Assembly (NCBI GenBank): GCA_903872035.1
Contig: CAIQIZ010000009.1
Span: 7,299 to 71,298 of the forward strand
Source: an uncultured bacterium
GTDB lineage: Bacteria; Patescibacteriota; Minisyncoccia; Phycocordibacterales; PALSA-1337
Reading direction: 5' to 3'
Length of the DNA stretch: 64,000 nt
In this document: piece after piece, positions 55,980 through 63,818 of the stretch
How positions within the stretch are numbered: position 1 is the first letter of the stretch
Layout of the letters: every line of letters begins with the position of its first letter
Program-made: the position numbers and the translations under genes
The notes under the pieces: model-generated
What the model was told of the DNA's origin: nothing
What the model saw: only the letters and a program-made list of their open reading frames with translations
Databases searched by the model: none

Positions 55980-57134
55980 GTGTTCTCGATGCTTACCATC
56001 CTTCAGGGCACCGCTGATTTAGCCTATATCATGGGTTTTACGCTCATCGGCGCTGTCGTAGCCTTTCTTTGGGCACCATTCCTATCGCGCGCCCTATTAC
56101 GCCTACACGTCATCAAAGGCGTCAAAATTGAGCTAGCAGCCATAGGTAATCAAGCTTACAAAGCCATCACGCCGACTATGGGCGGGCTTCTGGTTGTCAT
56201 AACTGTTGCGCTCGTCACCTATGTCTTGAATTGGTCACGAAGTTTTACTTATGTACCGATCGGCGTCATGCTCATCTCCGCCGCTTTGGGTGCGATCGAC
56301 GACCTGATGAATATCTACGGTTCCGAACGCCGCTCACGAAAGCTAGGACATCAGTTGACACTCATCAAAGTCCATAAAGAATGGAAAATGCGTTTGTGGT
56401 ACATCACTACTTTGCCGTGGACAGCCTTCAAGCGCATGTCCGTCTGGTTCGGTTCACGCACTTCCAAAGGAGTGTTCGTCCACGAAAAGCTCATCCTCCA
56501 ATTCATCGCCGGCGCTCTGACGGCCTACTGGATCTGCGCCAGGCTCGGTCCCGCTTGGCATTTCATATATTTCCCTCACTTCAACCTCTTGCCGCTCGCT
56601 TCTAGCTGGAATGCTGGCATACTCATCGTTCCCATCACGATCCTGATCGTCATGTTCACCGCCAATGCCGTGAACATCGCCGATGGTATGGATGGCTTGG
56701 CCGGCGGCATGCTTATCATGACCTTCAGTGCTTTGACTCTTTTGTCGTGGATCAACGGTTTCGGCGAGATCGCCATCCTGAACGCAACGACGGTTGGAGC
56801 TCTGGTTGCTTATACTTATTTCAATATCAAGCCGGCCCGATTTATTTTTGGCGATGTAGGTTCATTGGGCTTAGGAGCGCTCCTCGCCGTGAACGCCATG
56901 GCTATCGGCGAGACAGCATCTCTGTTCTTCCTTGGCTTCATGTTCTACATCGAAGCTATTTCAGTCGTTCTTCAGATCTTCTCCCGCTACGTCTTCGGCC
57001 GCAAGATCTTCCGCATGGCTCCCCTTCACCACCACTTCGAATTGTCCGGCTGGAGCGAAGAAAAGACCGTCATGAGATTCTGGGTGCTCCACTTCATCTT
57101 TGTGGTCTTCGGATTTTGGTTGGCTCTACACTAA
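55980..57134 (+). CDS. mraY: phospho-N-acetylmuramoyl-pentapeptide transferase
   Basis: TPTMGG, NAVNIADGMDGLA, GDVGSLGLGA, PLHHHFEL. Confidence 0.85.
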   Translation: MFSMLTILQGTADLAYIMGFTLIGAVVAFLWAPFLSRALLRLHVIKGVKIELAAIGNQAYKAITPTMGGLLVVITVALVTYVLNWSRSFTYVPIGVMLISAALGAIDDLMNIYGSERRSRKLGHQLTLIKVHKEWKMRLWYITTLPWTAFKRMSVWFGSRTSKGVFVHEKLILQFIAGALTAYWICARLGPAWHFIYFPHFNLLPLASSWNAGILIVPITILIVMFTANAVNIADGMDGLAGGMLIMTFSALTLLSWINGFGEIAILNATTVGALVAYTYFNIKPARFIFGDVGSLGLGALLAVNAMAIGETASLFFLGFMFYIEAISVVLQIFSRYVFGRKIFRMAPLHHHFELSGWSEEKTVMRFWVLHFIFVVFGFWLALH

Positions 57135-57817
57135 TGAATTACCTTTCCTGGAATCAACACGCTATCACCGACTTCTCGCCTAAAGCGGTGAATGAAATGT
57201 ATGAGAAGGGATACGTTTTCACACGGCTCGGTCGTGGTGTGATGCAGCAGACCAGATCGGTTCGTGTTGATCTGAGCAAGTTTGCGCTTTCAAGCGAAAA
57301 TAGACGTATCTTGAAGAAAGTCCCAAACGTCTCACTTCAGTCAACTAAAGTGCCTATCGTCGACTATAGCTACCCCCTCGGCAAACTAGCCAAGGATTTC
57401 TATGACACAAAGTTCGGTCCAGGAATCATGAGTGCACAAAAGATCAAGGAGATGCTCACCGACCCTTCCAAGAGCAATTTTAATTGTTTACTAAAATTCG
57501 CCCCCGCCGACAGATCAACAACTCATGGTTACACCATCTGTTATGAGAATGAATCATTACTGCACTACTCTTATCCATTTTACGATTTAAAAGAATCTTC
57601 CAAAGATATGGGACTTGGCATGATGATAAGAGCCATCGAATGGGCTAAAGCCGAAGGTAAGAAATTCGTATACCTCGGTTCGCTCCAACGGCCATCCGAC
57701 ACTTACAAGTTGCAATTCGAAGGCCTCGAATGGTTCGATGGTGGCCCAAACGGAACTGGCGCCTGGAAGACCGATTTTGAAGAAGCGAAGAAAATCCTCT
57801 CCAAGCCGACTTTATGA
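57134..57817 (+). CDS. putative aminoacyl-tRNA--protein transferase (Ate1/Bpt-like C-terminal domain) or Fem-like GNAT
   Basis: start at ATG overlapping mraY stop (TAATG); C-terminal KFVYLGS...TYKLQFEGLEWF resembles ATE_C YLGYW..YK..F.P.E motif; track ORF 56747-57817 overlaps mraY. Confidence 0.35.
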   Translation: MNYLSWNQHAITDFSPKAVNEMYEKGYVFTRLGRGVMQQTRSVRVDLSKFALSSENRRILKKVPNVSLQSTKVPIVDYSYPLGKLAKDFYDTKFGPGIMSAQKIKEMLTDPSKSNFNCLLKFAPADRSTTHGYTICYENESLLHYSYPFYDLKESSKDMGLGMMIRAIEWAKAEGKKFVYLGSLQRPSDTYKLQFEGLEWFDGGPNGTGAWKTDFEEAKKILSKPTL

Positions 57818-57827
57818 ACTTTCTAAC
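57809..57827. repeat. left arm of 19-bp perfect inverted repeat bracketing the Mur ligase gene
   Basis: CTTTATGAACTTTCTAACT; reverse complement present at 59286-59304. Confidence 0.65.
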
Positions 57828-57845
57828 TTGTAACTTTCAAACTTT

Positions 57846-59291
57846 ATGAACTTACCTGAACGAATCCATGTAATCGGCATCTGCGGCGTAGCCATGAGCG
57901 CGCTGACTGTCGCCTTCCACAAGCGTGGCGTCAAAGTAACTGGCAGCGACAAAGGATTCTTTCCGCCGATCTCGACCGAGCTTGAGAAACAAGGTGTCCC
58001 CTTTTACGCCGGTTGGCACCCAGAGAAAATGATCGAAGGTGGCAAGCCTGATCTCATCATCGTCGGCACTGCTTCCGGTACGCAAAATCCCGAGACCGCT
58101 TACGCTAAAGAAAACAATATCCCCTGCTTTTCATACCCCGAGATCATCGGTAAATATTTCGTCAAAGAGCATTCCGTTGTGTGTGCCGGGACTTGGGGAA
58201 AGACATCTTCTTCGGCACTTCTTTCCTTCATTCTCGAACAGGCCGGTTTTGATCCATCATACATGTTCGGTGGAGTATCTCTTTCCCACGGATCAGCCGC
58301 CAAGCTGACCGATTCATCTTGGAGCGTTTTTGAGGGCGACGAATACAAGAGTTCGCCCAGCGATTCTCGAGCGAAATTTTTCCATTACAAGCCTACGGAA
58401 TTGTTATTGACTGCCGTCTCCTGGGACCACGCCGATCTGTATCCGACTGAGGCTGAGTATTTCGATGCTTTCAAAAAGTTGCTAGTTGAGATGCCCTCTA
58501 CGGGATCGGTCGTCGCATGCGCAGATAACGAGGGGGTCATGAAGATCATCGATTCGTTTAAGGGCAAAGTGGTGCTTTACGGTCGCGCGCGACCAACTAC
58601 AGAGTTCAGACCTATACAAGGTGCAGAGGTTAAACCTCTGCAGTACACCTACAAGAATGTCTCTCAATCGAATCAGGGATTGAAATTGACCATAATCCAT
58701 GACGGACAAGAATTTCAAATCGAGTCGCCCATGCTCGGCTTATTCCAAGTCGAGAACATTACCGGCTGTTTTGCCATGGCTAGTGAATTGGGAGTCGAGC
58801 CAAAGAAGATCATCGAGGCAATTTCTAAATTCAAAGGCCTAAAAAGAAGGATGGAAAAGAGGCTCGACGGTGGCGGCATCACCGTCATAGACGACATTGC
58901 TCATTCACCGGAAAAAGCTTCGGCTGTCTTGAATACTTTGCGATCAATCTACGATGGCAAGATAATCGCAGTCTTCGAACCTAATAGCGGCGGACGAGAA
59001 CGTGGTGCAGCCACAAAATACGACAATGCTTTCAGGGACGCAGATACAGTGATCATCCCAAGGCTAACAAAACTTAAAATCGCAGAAAATGAATCAGACC
59101 CACCCATTGAAGGTGCCGAATTGGCAACAATCATCAGCGACGCGCACCCTGATTCACTCTATATGGAAGACGACGCTGAACTGATAAAGTTCTTGGTTTC
59201 AGATACAAAAAAAGGCGATGTCATCGCTTTCCTCGGGTCGCATGGATTCAGAGGGATGATTGAGGAAACAGTTAGAAAGTTAACAAGTTAG
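57846..59291 (+). CDS. murC: Mur ligase, UDP-N-acetylmuramate--L-alanine ligase (MurC) or murein-peptide ligase (Mpl)
   Basis: IHVIGICGVAMSALT...VTGSD N-terminal MurC/Mpl domain (GICG is Mpl-like), GTWGKTSSSALL P-loop. Confidence 0.6.
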   Translation: MNLPERIHVIGICGVAMSALTVAFHKRGVKVTGSDKGFFPPISTELEKQGVPFYAGWHPEKMIEGGKPDLIIVGTASGTQNPETAYAKENNIPCFSYPEIIGKYFVKEHSVVCAGTWGKTSSSALLSFILEQAGFDPSYMFGGVSLSHGSAAKLTDSSWSVFEGDEYKSSPSDSRAKFFHYKPTELLLTAVSWDHADLYPTEAEYFDAFKKLLVEMPSTGSVVACADNEGVMKIIDSFKGKVVLYGRARPTTEFRPIQGAEVKPLQYTYKNVSQSNQGLKLTIIHDGQEFQIESPMLGLFQVENITGCFAMASELGVEPKKIIEAISKFKGLKRRMEKRLDGGGITVIDDIAHSPEKASAVLNTLRSIYDGKIIAVFEPNSGGRERGAATKYDNAFRDADTVIIPRLTKLKIAENESDPPIEGAELATIISDAHPDSLYMEDDAELIKFLVSDTKKGDVIAFLGSHGFRGMIEETVRKLTS

Positions 59292-59304
59292 AAAGTTCAT
59301 AAAG
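59286..59304. repeat. right arm of 19-bp perfect inverted repeat (covers Mur ligase stop codon)
   Basis: AGTTAGAAAGTTCATAAAG = reverse complement of 57809-57827; additional 12-mer copies at 59270, 59317, 57841, 59327. Confidence 0.65.
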
Positions 59305-59349
59305 TCCACAAGACTCAACTTTCTAACTTTATGAACTTGTAACTTTTCA

Positions 59350-59544
59350 CTATTTCCCTTCGTCCACAATAACAGTCTTGATATTCCCGTTGGCTATTTC
59401 CTTGACCAAAAGAGTCATGCCACAATGGTTGCATTCGATGACCATCCCTGGCGCTATATTCGGATACCTTCCAAGATCTATGGTATTTTTGCACTCCGGA
59501 CAAACACAGAGTGAATTTGATGATTCTGTTCTTTCGCTGATCAT
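59350..59544 (-). CDS. small zinc-ribbon protein (LysW-like)
   Basis: CPEC...(17 aa)...CNHCG two CxxC pairs with LysW-like spacing, ID-LG and V-E-I-xCxxCG context. Confidence 0.4.
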   Translation of the reverse strand: MISERTESSNSLCVCPECKNTIDLGRYPNIAPGMVIECNHCGMTLLVKEIANGNIKTVIVDEGK

Positions 59545-59580
59545 CTTTTAATACTACCTAAAATAAGTTAGGATGACAAC

Positions 59581-60501
59581 ATGTCACTTCAAATGATTAC
59601 CCCCCAAGAACCATTCCCAGCCCTTGCTAAGGCTGTTGGTTTGACGGATATCTATCTAAAACGCGAGGACTTGCATACTTACGGCTCTCATAAAGGCCGG
59701 TCAATTCCAGTCATGATCGACCATTACTTGAAAGAAGGATCGAAGAATTTTGCCATATCTTCGTCAGGAAATGCCGCTTTAGCTGCTGCTTTGTACGTGA
59801 AGGAATTGAACGGCTGCCCGTCAAAAGAATTGCCTGCTTCAGATTCGCCGCTTCATTTAGATATTTTCGTCGGCATCCATTTGGCACCAAATAAGTTAGC
59901 CAAGCTGAAGAAACTTGAGGATGAACATATCCGAGTCCTTACCAAAGAACGTCCTCTACAAGCCTTAATGGCGGCTGCCAATGAAGGTTCTACAAGCCTA
60001 CGTCAATCAACCGACGATATCGCTTTGATCGGCTATAAGAGCTTGGCCGAAGAATTGGCGACGATACCCAAGCTAGCAGCAATATTCATCGGCACATCTT
60101 CAGGCACAACCGCCCAAGCTTTGGCGCAATATTTCATGGATGCAAAGGTGAGCAAAATGAGGACGCCTGTCCAGGTTCACGTAGTACAAACTTCTTCATG
60201 TCACCCACTATCTGATGCTTTTGAAACGTATGATGGCGAAGATGAACAATCCATCGCCAATGCCATCGTGGATAAAACTGTCCATCGTAAAGCCGCCCTA
60301 GTACCTCTAATAAAAAAGACTGGCGGATACGGATGGTTCGCGACCAACGACAAGATTCGTGCCGCCCAAGCTTTGGTCAGGGAGCATGCCGGGTTGGAGA
60401 TCTCAACGAATAGTGCCCTCTCGGTAGTCGGTGCTATGGAATCCGCCTATCGCACTTGGACCATTGATGGAGCGGCGGTGTGTGTGGTTTGCGGCGACTA
60501 A
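59581..60501 (+). CDS. pyridoxal-phosphate-dependent enzyme, fold type II (PALP family)
   Basis: candidate PLP-lysine in GSHKGRS; SSGNAALAAA glycine-rich phosphate-binding loop. Confidence 0.5.
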   Translation: MSLQMITPQEPFPALAKAVGLTDIYLKREDLHTYGSHKGRSIPVMIDHYLKEGSKNFAISSSGNAALAAALYVKELNGCPSKELPASDSPLHLDIFVGIHLAPNKLAKLKKLEDEHIRVLTKERPLQALMAAANEGSTSLRQSTDDIALIGYKSLAEELATIPKLAAIFIGTSSGTTAQALAQYFMDAKVSKMRTPVQVHVVQTSSCHPLSDAFETYDGEDEQSIANAIVDKTVHRKAALVPLIKKTGGYGWFATNDKIRAAQALVREHAGLEISTNSALSVVGAMESAYRTWTIDGAAVCVVCGD

Positions 60502-60539
60502 GGTTCAGGAGCAAGGAGGAATCAGGAAGGAGCAAGATA

Positions 60540-60902
60540 TTACAGACGTTTTCTGGTTGAACGAATCAGACCAAGAAGCAGACCTTGAATATTTTGCATT
60601 TCAGTAAAGATCGTTTGGCAAGTCTCCTTCGAAAGATACTTCAAATCTGAAGCTATGAACATGTGACTTTGAGATTCGATAAGAGAGCCATACGCCTGAT
60701 TGTAAAAATTCAACTTTTCTTTTATGGATATTCGTCCAAAGCCTTCTGCGATATTTGCGGCAATAGAAACAACAGCTCTACGCATTTGAGAAGTCAACCC
60801 GAATAATTCTTCTTTGGGAAATCTTTTTGTGCATTCATAAATCAACAAGGTTGTTTTCCTTGCTTTTTTCCAGACATCAAGATCGTAGAAATTCTTAATC
60901 AT
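60540..60902 (-). CDS. four-helix-bundle protein (23S rRNA intervening-sequence protein family)
   Basis: DLDVWKKA, IAANIAEGFGR, YNQAYGSLIE hallmarks. Confidence 0.7.
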   Translation of the reverse strand: MIKNFYDLDVWKKARKTTLLIYECTKRFPKEELFGLTSQMRRAVVSIAANIAEGFGRISIKEKLNFYNQAYGSLIESQSHMFIASDLKYLSKETCQTIFTEMQNIQGLLLGLIRSTRKRL

Positions 60903-60956
60903 ATTATTCCTCCTTCCTCCTTCCTCCTTCCTCCTTCCTCCTTCCTCCTTCCTCCT
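60903..60956 (-). repeat. (AAGGAGG)x7 tandem heptamer directly 5' of four-helix-bundle start codon
   Basis: plus strand CCTCCTT repeated about 7 times ending 60956; reads as seven consecutive Shine-Dalgarno cores on the coding (minus) strand. Confidence 0.8.
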
Positions 60957-60960
60957 TGCC

Positions 60961-62298
60961 CTAAAGCCCCCTGACCGCCTTCACGAACCTCTCGCTTCTT
61001 TCTTTGCGCGAGGCATCTATTCCGGCCGCTTCAAAACCTGGACTAAATACCACCTTATCGCCTTTCTTGGCACGCTCAAAAGCCAACTGGGTAGCTTCTT
61101 CTATCGAACGAGCCGAAATGATTTCTAGGTCTTCGATCTGATTAAGCACTTGCCGCTCACGCAGAGTTCCACTGCCGGGCACCAAGACAACCGCCCGGAC
61201 ATATTGTGGTAATAGCGAATACAAAGAACGGTAATCTGACATGGTCTGAGCGCCGCCGAATATGAGCACCGTGCTTTTTTCTGATCCAGCAACTGATTGC
61301 AATGCGACCAGAGTCGACGACGAGTTCAACGAGGCCGCATCATTGTAGAAATCGACATTCTTGAATTTCTTGACCAGTTCCAGACGTCCATGCAGAGGCT
61401 TCCAGCTTTGGAGGATACGCCTAGATACTTCCTCGTCGACTTTGAACAGTTGCGCCGCTTGCAGGGCTAATGCCGCATTATCGCGATCATGCCGACGTGT
61501 TCCCGTATGAGAGATATTCTTCAATTCCCAATCAGTCGGAATGATAGTTGGCTTGGTCCGCAACATCTTGCCTCGCGGCAATTCCTTGTACCTTCGAGTG
61601 GCGTCAATGACCTCATCAGAAGCGATGATGAAATTGTTAAAGGTTTGATAAGCCAGGATCTCGAAGGGCGACTCGTCATACGAACCTTTGGCAGGGATAG
61701 TAGTGAATACAGCTACTTGCGGACTGATCCGGAGCGCATAGAGCTCACGCATGATCGGATCGACCACGCGCATGAGGACGAGGTCTCCGCTTTTGACTTT
61801 CTTCAAATGGGCCAGGATGCCCTCATCCGATTCTGGGTCGATGACAAAGAAGCCTTGGCCTTTCTCGGCTTTGCAGGCCGCCCGGAGCATGGGTTCCAAC
61901 ATGGAGATGACAGTAGTCTTGCCGCATTCGCCCATGACTCCGACCACGGTGACTGGCGGCGCTCGCCTAAAGAAGAGCGTCTCTGGATATTCGATGGGAA
62001 CTTTTTTTTCTTTAGCACCCTTCAAAAAGCTCGATTCGCGAGGATATTCATGCGAGAGAACTATGAGATCCATGTCCAGAAGGTCGTCTTCTGGAATCGA
62101 GCCGCAGACATAATTGGCCAAACCGACATTGCGGAGATTGACTAGATGGTTCTTGAGACGAGCCTCGCTCTTCAAATCATATATACCGACCAAGGCCCCA
62201 GCTTTGATGAGGAATGAGACATCCTCCACCATCTCGCCGTTTGGGCCAAGGCCAATGACCGCAATGCGCTTGCCTTTGAAATAGTCGCGAGAAGTCAT
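60961..62298 (-). CDS. murD: UDP-N-acetylmuramoylalanine--D-glutamate ligase
   Basis: GKRIAVIGLGPNG N-terminus, GECGKTT P-loop, FYNDAASLNSSSTLVAL, SPGFEAAGI C-terminus. Confidence 0.7.
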   Translation of the reverse strand: MTSRDYFKGKRIAVIGLGPNGEMVEDVSFLIKAGALVGIYDLKSEARLKNHLVNLRNVGLANYVCGSIPEDDLLDMDLIVLSHEYPRESSFLKGAKEKKVPIEYPETLFFRRAPPVTVVGVMGECGKTTVISMLEPMLRAACKAEKGQGFFVIDPESDEGILAHLKKVKSGDLVLMRVVDPIMRELYALRISPQVAVFTTIPAKGSYDESPFEILAYQTFNNFIIASDEVIDATRRYKELPRGKMLRTKPTIIPTDWELKNISHTGTRRHDRDNAALALQAAQLFKVDEEVSRRILQSWKPLHGRLELVKKFKNVDFYNDAASLNSSSTLVALQSVAGSEKSTVLIFGGAQTMSDYRSLYSLLPQYVRAVVLVPGSGTLRERQVLNQIEDLEIISARSIEEATQLAFERAKKGDKVVFSPGFEAAGIDASRKERSERFVKAVRGL

Positions 62299-62312
62299 AG
62301 CGTCAGTATAGA

Positions 62313-62675
62313 TTAATGTCTCTTTGTCATCAATCTCTTGACCTTGATCATTTCCTGAAGCATAGCCTGAAGCGTGACGGAATCGCCGGCTGAAGTTTCC
62401 GACTCGACAACGAAGTAGGACAGCTTCTTCATGAATATGCCATACAAGTCATGGAAGTATTGCTCCAAGACTTTCTCCTGATGCATTTCATCTTCTGCAG
62501 AAGCTTCATCTTTCGATCCGTTTTTCTGACCAGCTTCTGGACCTTTACCTTTTGAAGAAGGGCCGTCCAAGAAGCGGAGCAATTCCATGGGACGTTTGAG
62601 TCCCTCATACGATAAGGTGGCATCGTTCAAAACACCATCCAAAGATGGCGAAACGAGCCTGTAATCTCGGATCAT
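62313..62675 (-). CDS. hypothetical protein
   Basis: ORF track; acidic/Lys-rich centre. Confidence 0.3.
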   Translation of the reverse strand: MIRDYRLVSPSLDGVLNDATLSYEGLKRPMELLRFLDGPSSKGKGPEAGQKNGSKDEASAEDEMHQEKVLEQYFHDLYGIFMKKLSYFVVESETSAGDSVTLQAMLQEMIKVKRLMTKRH

Positions 62676-62763
62676 TTTAGTTGGGAGGAAGGAGTAAGGA
62701 GGAAGAAGGAAGGAGAATCACAGTGTGGTTCCTCCTTTCTTCTCGCTCCGTCCTCCTTGCTCC
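62676..62763 (-). promoter_or_regulatory. purine-rich/pyrimidine-rich imperfect hairpin (SD-rich arm vs anti-SD arm) in 5' leader of 62313-62675
   Basis: plus strand GGAGGAAGGAGTAAGGAGGAAGAAGGAAGGAG ... CCTCCTTTCTTCTCGCTCCGTCCTCCTTGCTCCTT. Confidence 0.5.
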
Positions 62764-63534
62764 TTATGAATAATTAACTGGTACGCTTACGAACCCATCT
62801 TTTGTGATGATGACATGATCTAACAAGTGGATGCCCAGGATCTTCCCCGCCTGGACAAGCCGTTCGGTAATTCTAACATCTTCGTCGCTAGCCGCAAGGT
62901 TCCCTGAAGGGTGATTGTGGGCCAAAATAACAGCTACTGCGCTGGATTCCAATCCGACTCGAAAGACTTCCTTTGGTTCGACGATATTGGAATCGACGCT
63001 GCCTATGGAGATCACTTCGTTTCTGATGACTCTATTTTGGCTATTCAAGAACAATGCGCGCAAATATTCTTTTGGCAGATTGCGCATATCGGTCAGGTGT
63101 TCGAAAACGTCTTTGGCATTCCTGATGACAGTGAATCCGTAGTCGTGTCGATCATATATACGCCTTCCCATCTCGCCGACAGCCACGATCTGGCAAGCTT
63201 TGACTATCGGGATGTTCGACTCCTCGGAAAGTCGAGTAGCATCGCGCTCGAAGAGGACGCTTTTTTCACCATAGTTATGGATGACGCGCTCGGCCATCTC
63301 CAAAACATCTTCCTTGACGGTACCGGTAGTAAATACGAGTGCCAGCAATTCCTGTAGAGTCAGAGCCTCTGGACCTGAAGCTAAAAGCTTTTCTCGAGGC
63401 TTCTTTTCCGACGGGAGGTCGCGAATAAGCGACGGATATTCTCTAGTCGCCTGATTGGCCGCGCCAGCCGCATTTTTCGGCTTGTGGCTCAAAATGAAGG
63501 GTTCGCTATGAATGATGTAATTTGTGGTTGGCAT
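62764..63534 (-). CDS. radC: RadC-family JAB/MPN-domain protein
   Basis: HNHPSGNLAASDED JAMM-like motif; N-terminal helix-hairpin-helix region LQELLALVF. Confidence 0.75.
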   Translation of the reverse strand: MPTTNYIIHSEPFILSHKPKNAAGAANQATREYPSLIRDLPSEKKPREKLLASGPEALTLQELLALVFTTGTVKEDVLEMAERVIHNYGEKSVLFERDATRLSEESNIPIVKACQIVAVGEMGRRIYDRHDYGFTVIRNAKDVFEHLTDMRNLPKEYLRALFLNSQNRVIRNEVISIGSVDSNIVEPKEVFRVGLESSAVAVILAHNHPSGNLAASDEDVRITERLVQAGKILGIHLLDHVIITKDGFVSVPVNYS

Positions 63535-63563
63535 GGGGTAATTGTAGCATAAGGAAGCGGGTC

Positions 63564-63736
63564 AATTACAAGCCTGCTTAGGAAAGTGCTCGAGCGATTC
63601 TCGGACTGTCTGAGCGCGTTGAAATTTCTTGGTAAAATGTGAACCACTTTGACCTCGTGAACATTTTACCTAGAAATTTCACGAGCGAGTTTCCGAGAAG
63701 AGAGAGAGGACTTTCCTAAGCAGGCTTCAATTACAA
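63564..63736. repeat. about 175-bp nested imperfect palindrome upstream of radC
   Basis: outer arms CAATTACAAGCCTGCTTAGGAAAGT / ACTTTCCTAAGCAGGCTTCAATTACAA; inner GGTAAAATGT/ACATTTTACC and two GAAATTTC. Confidence 0.6.
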
Positions 63737-63757
63737 TATCTCCTAGATATCAGACAT

Positions 63758-63792
63758 AAAAAAACAGCGCAATCAGCCTATGCTAATTGCGT
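63758..63792 (-). terminator. rho-independent terminator for the partial right-edge gene
   Basis: minus strand ACGCAAU-uagcauaggcug-AUUGCGC then UGUUUUUUUAU. Confidence 0.45.
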
Positions 63793-63818
63793 GTTGTGTC
63801 TCAAGAATTCGGGAGGCT

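Noticed and set aside
56747-57133. Long ORF 56747-57817 overlapping mraY in another frame
   Set aside because: The upstream 129 codons are a shadow of the mraY coding region. The real gene starts at the ATG in the TAATG overlap at 57134.
2195-58718. Numerous 60-150-aa ORFs antisense to or out of frame within long genes (e.g. 10676-11218, 13702-14418, 18680-19357, 61489-62145)
   Set aside because: They lie wholly inside better-supported longer ORFs on the other strand or frame and lack motifs or start context. Treated as spurious shadow ORFs.
57809-59304. Insertion sequence or transposon around the Mur ligase gene
   Set aside because: No transposase or recombinase ORF between or near the 19-bp inverted repeats and no recognisable target-site duplication. 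Reported only as an inverted-repeat observation.
60903-60956. Tandem repeat considered as a CRISPR array
   Set aside because: The unit is 7 nt with no spacers; it is a microsatellite of Shine-Dalgarno cores, not a CRISPR array. No cas genes are present in the window.
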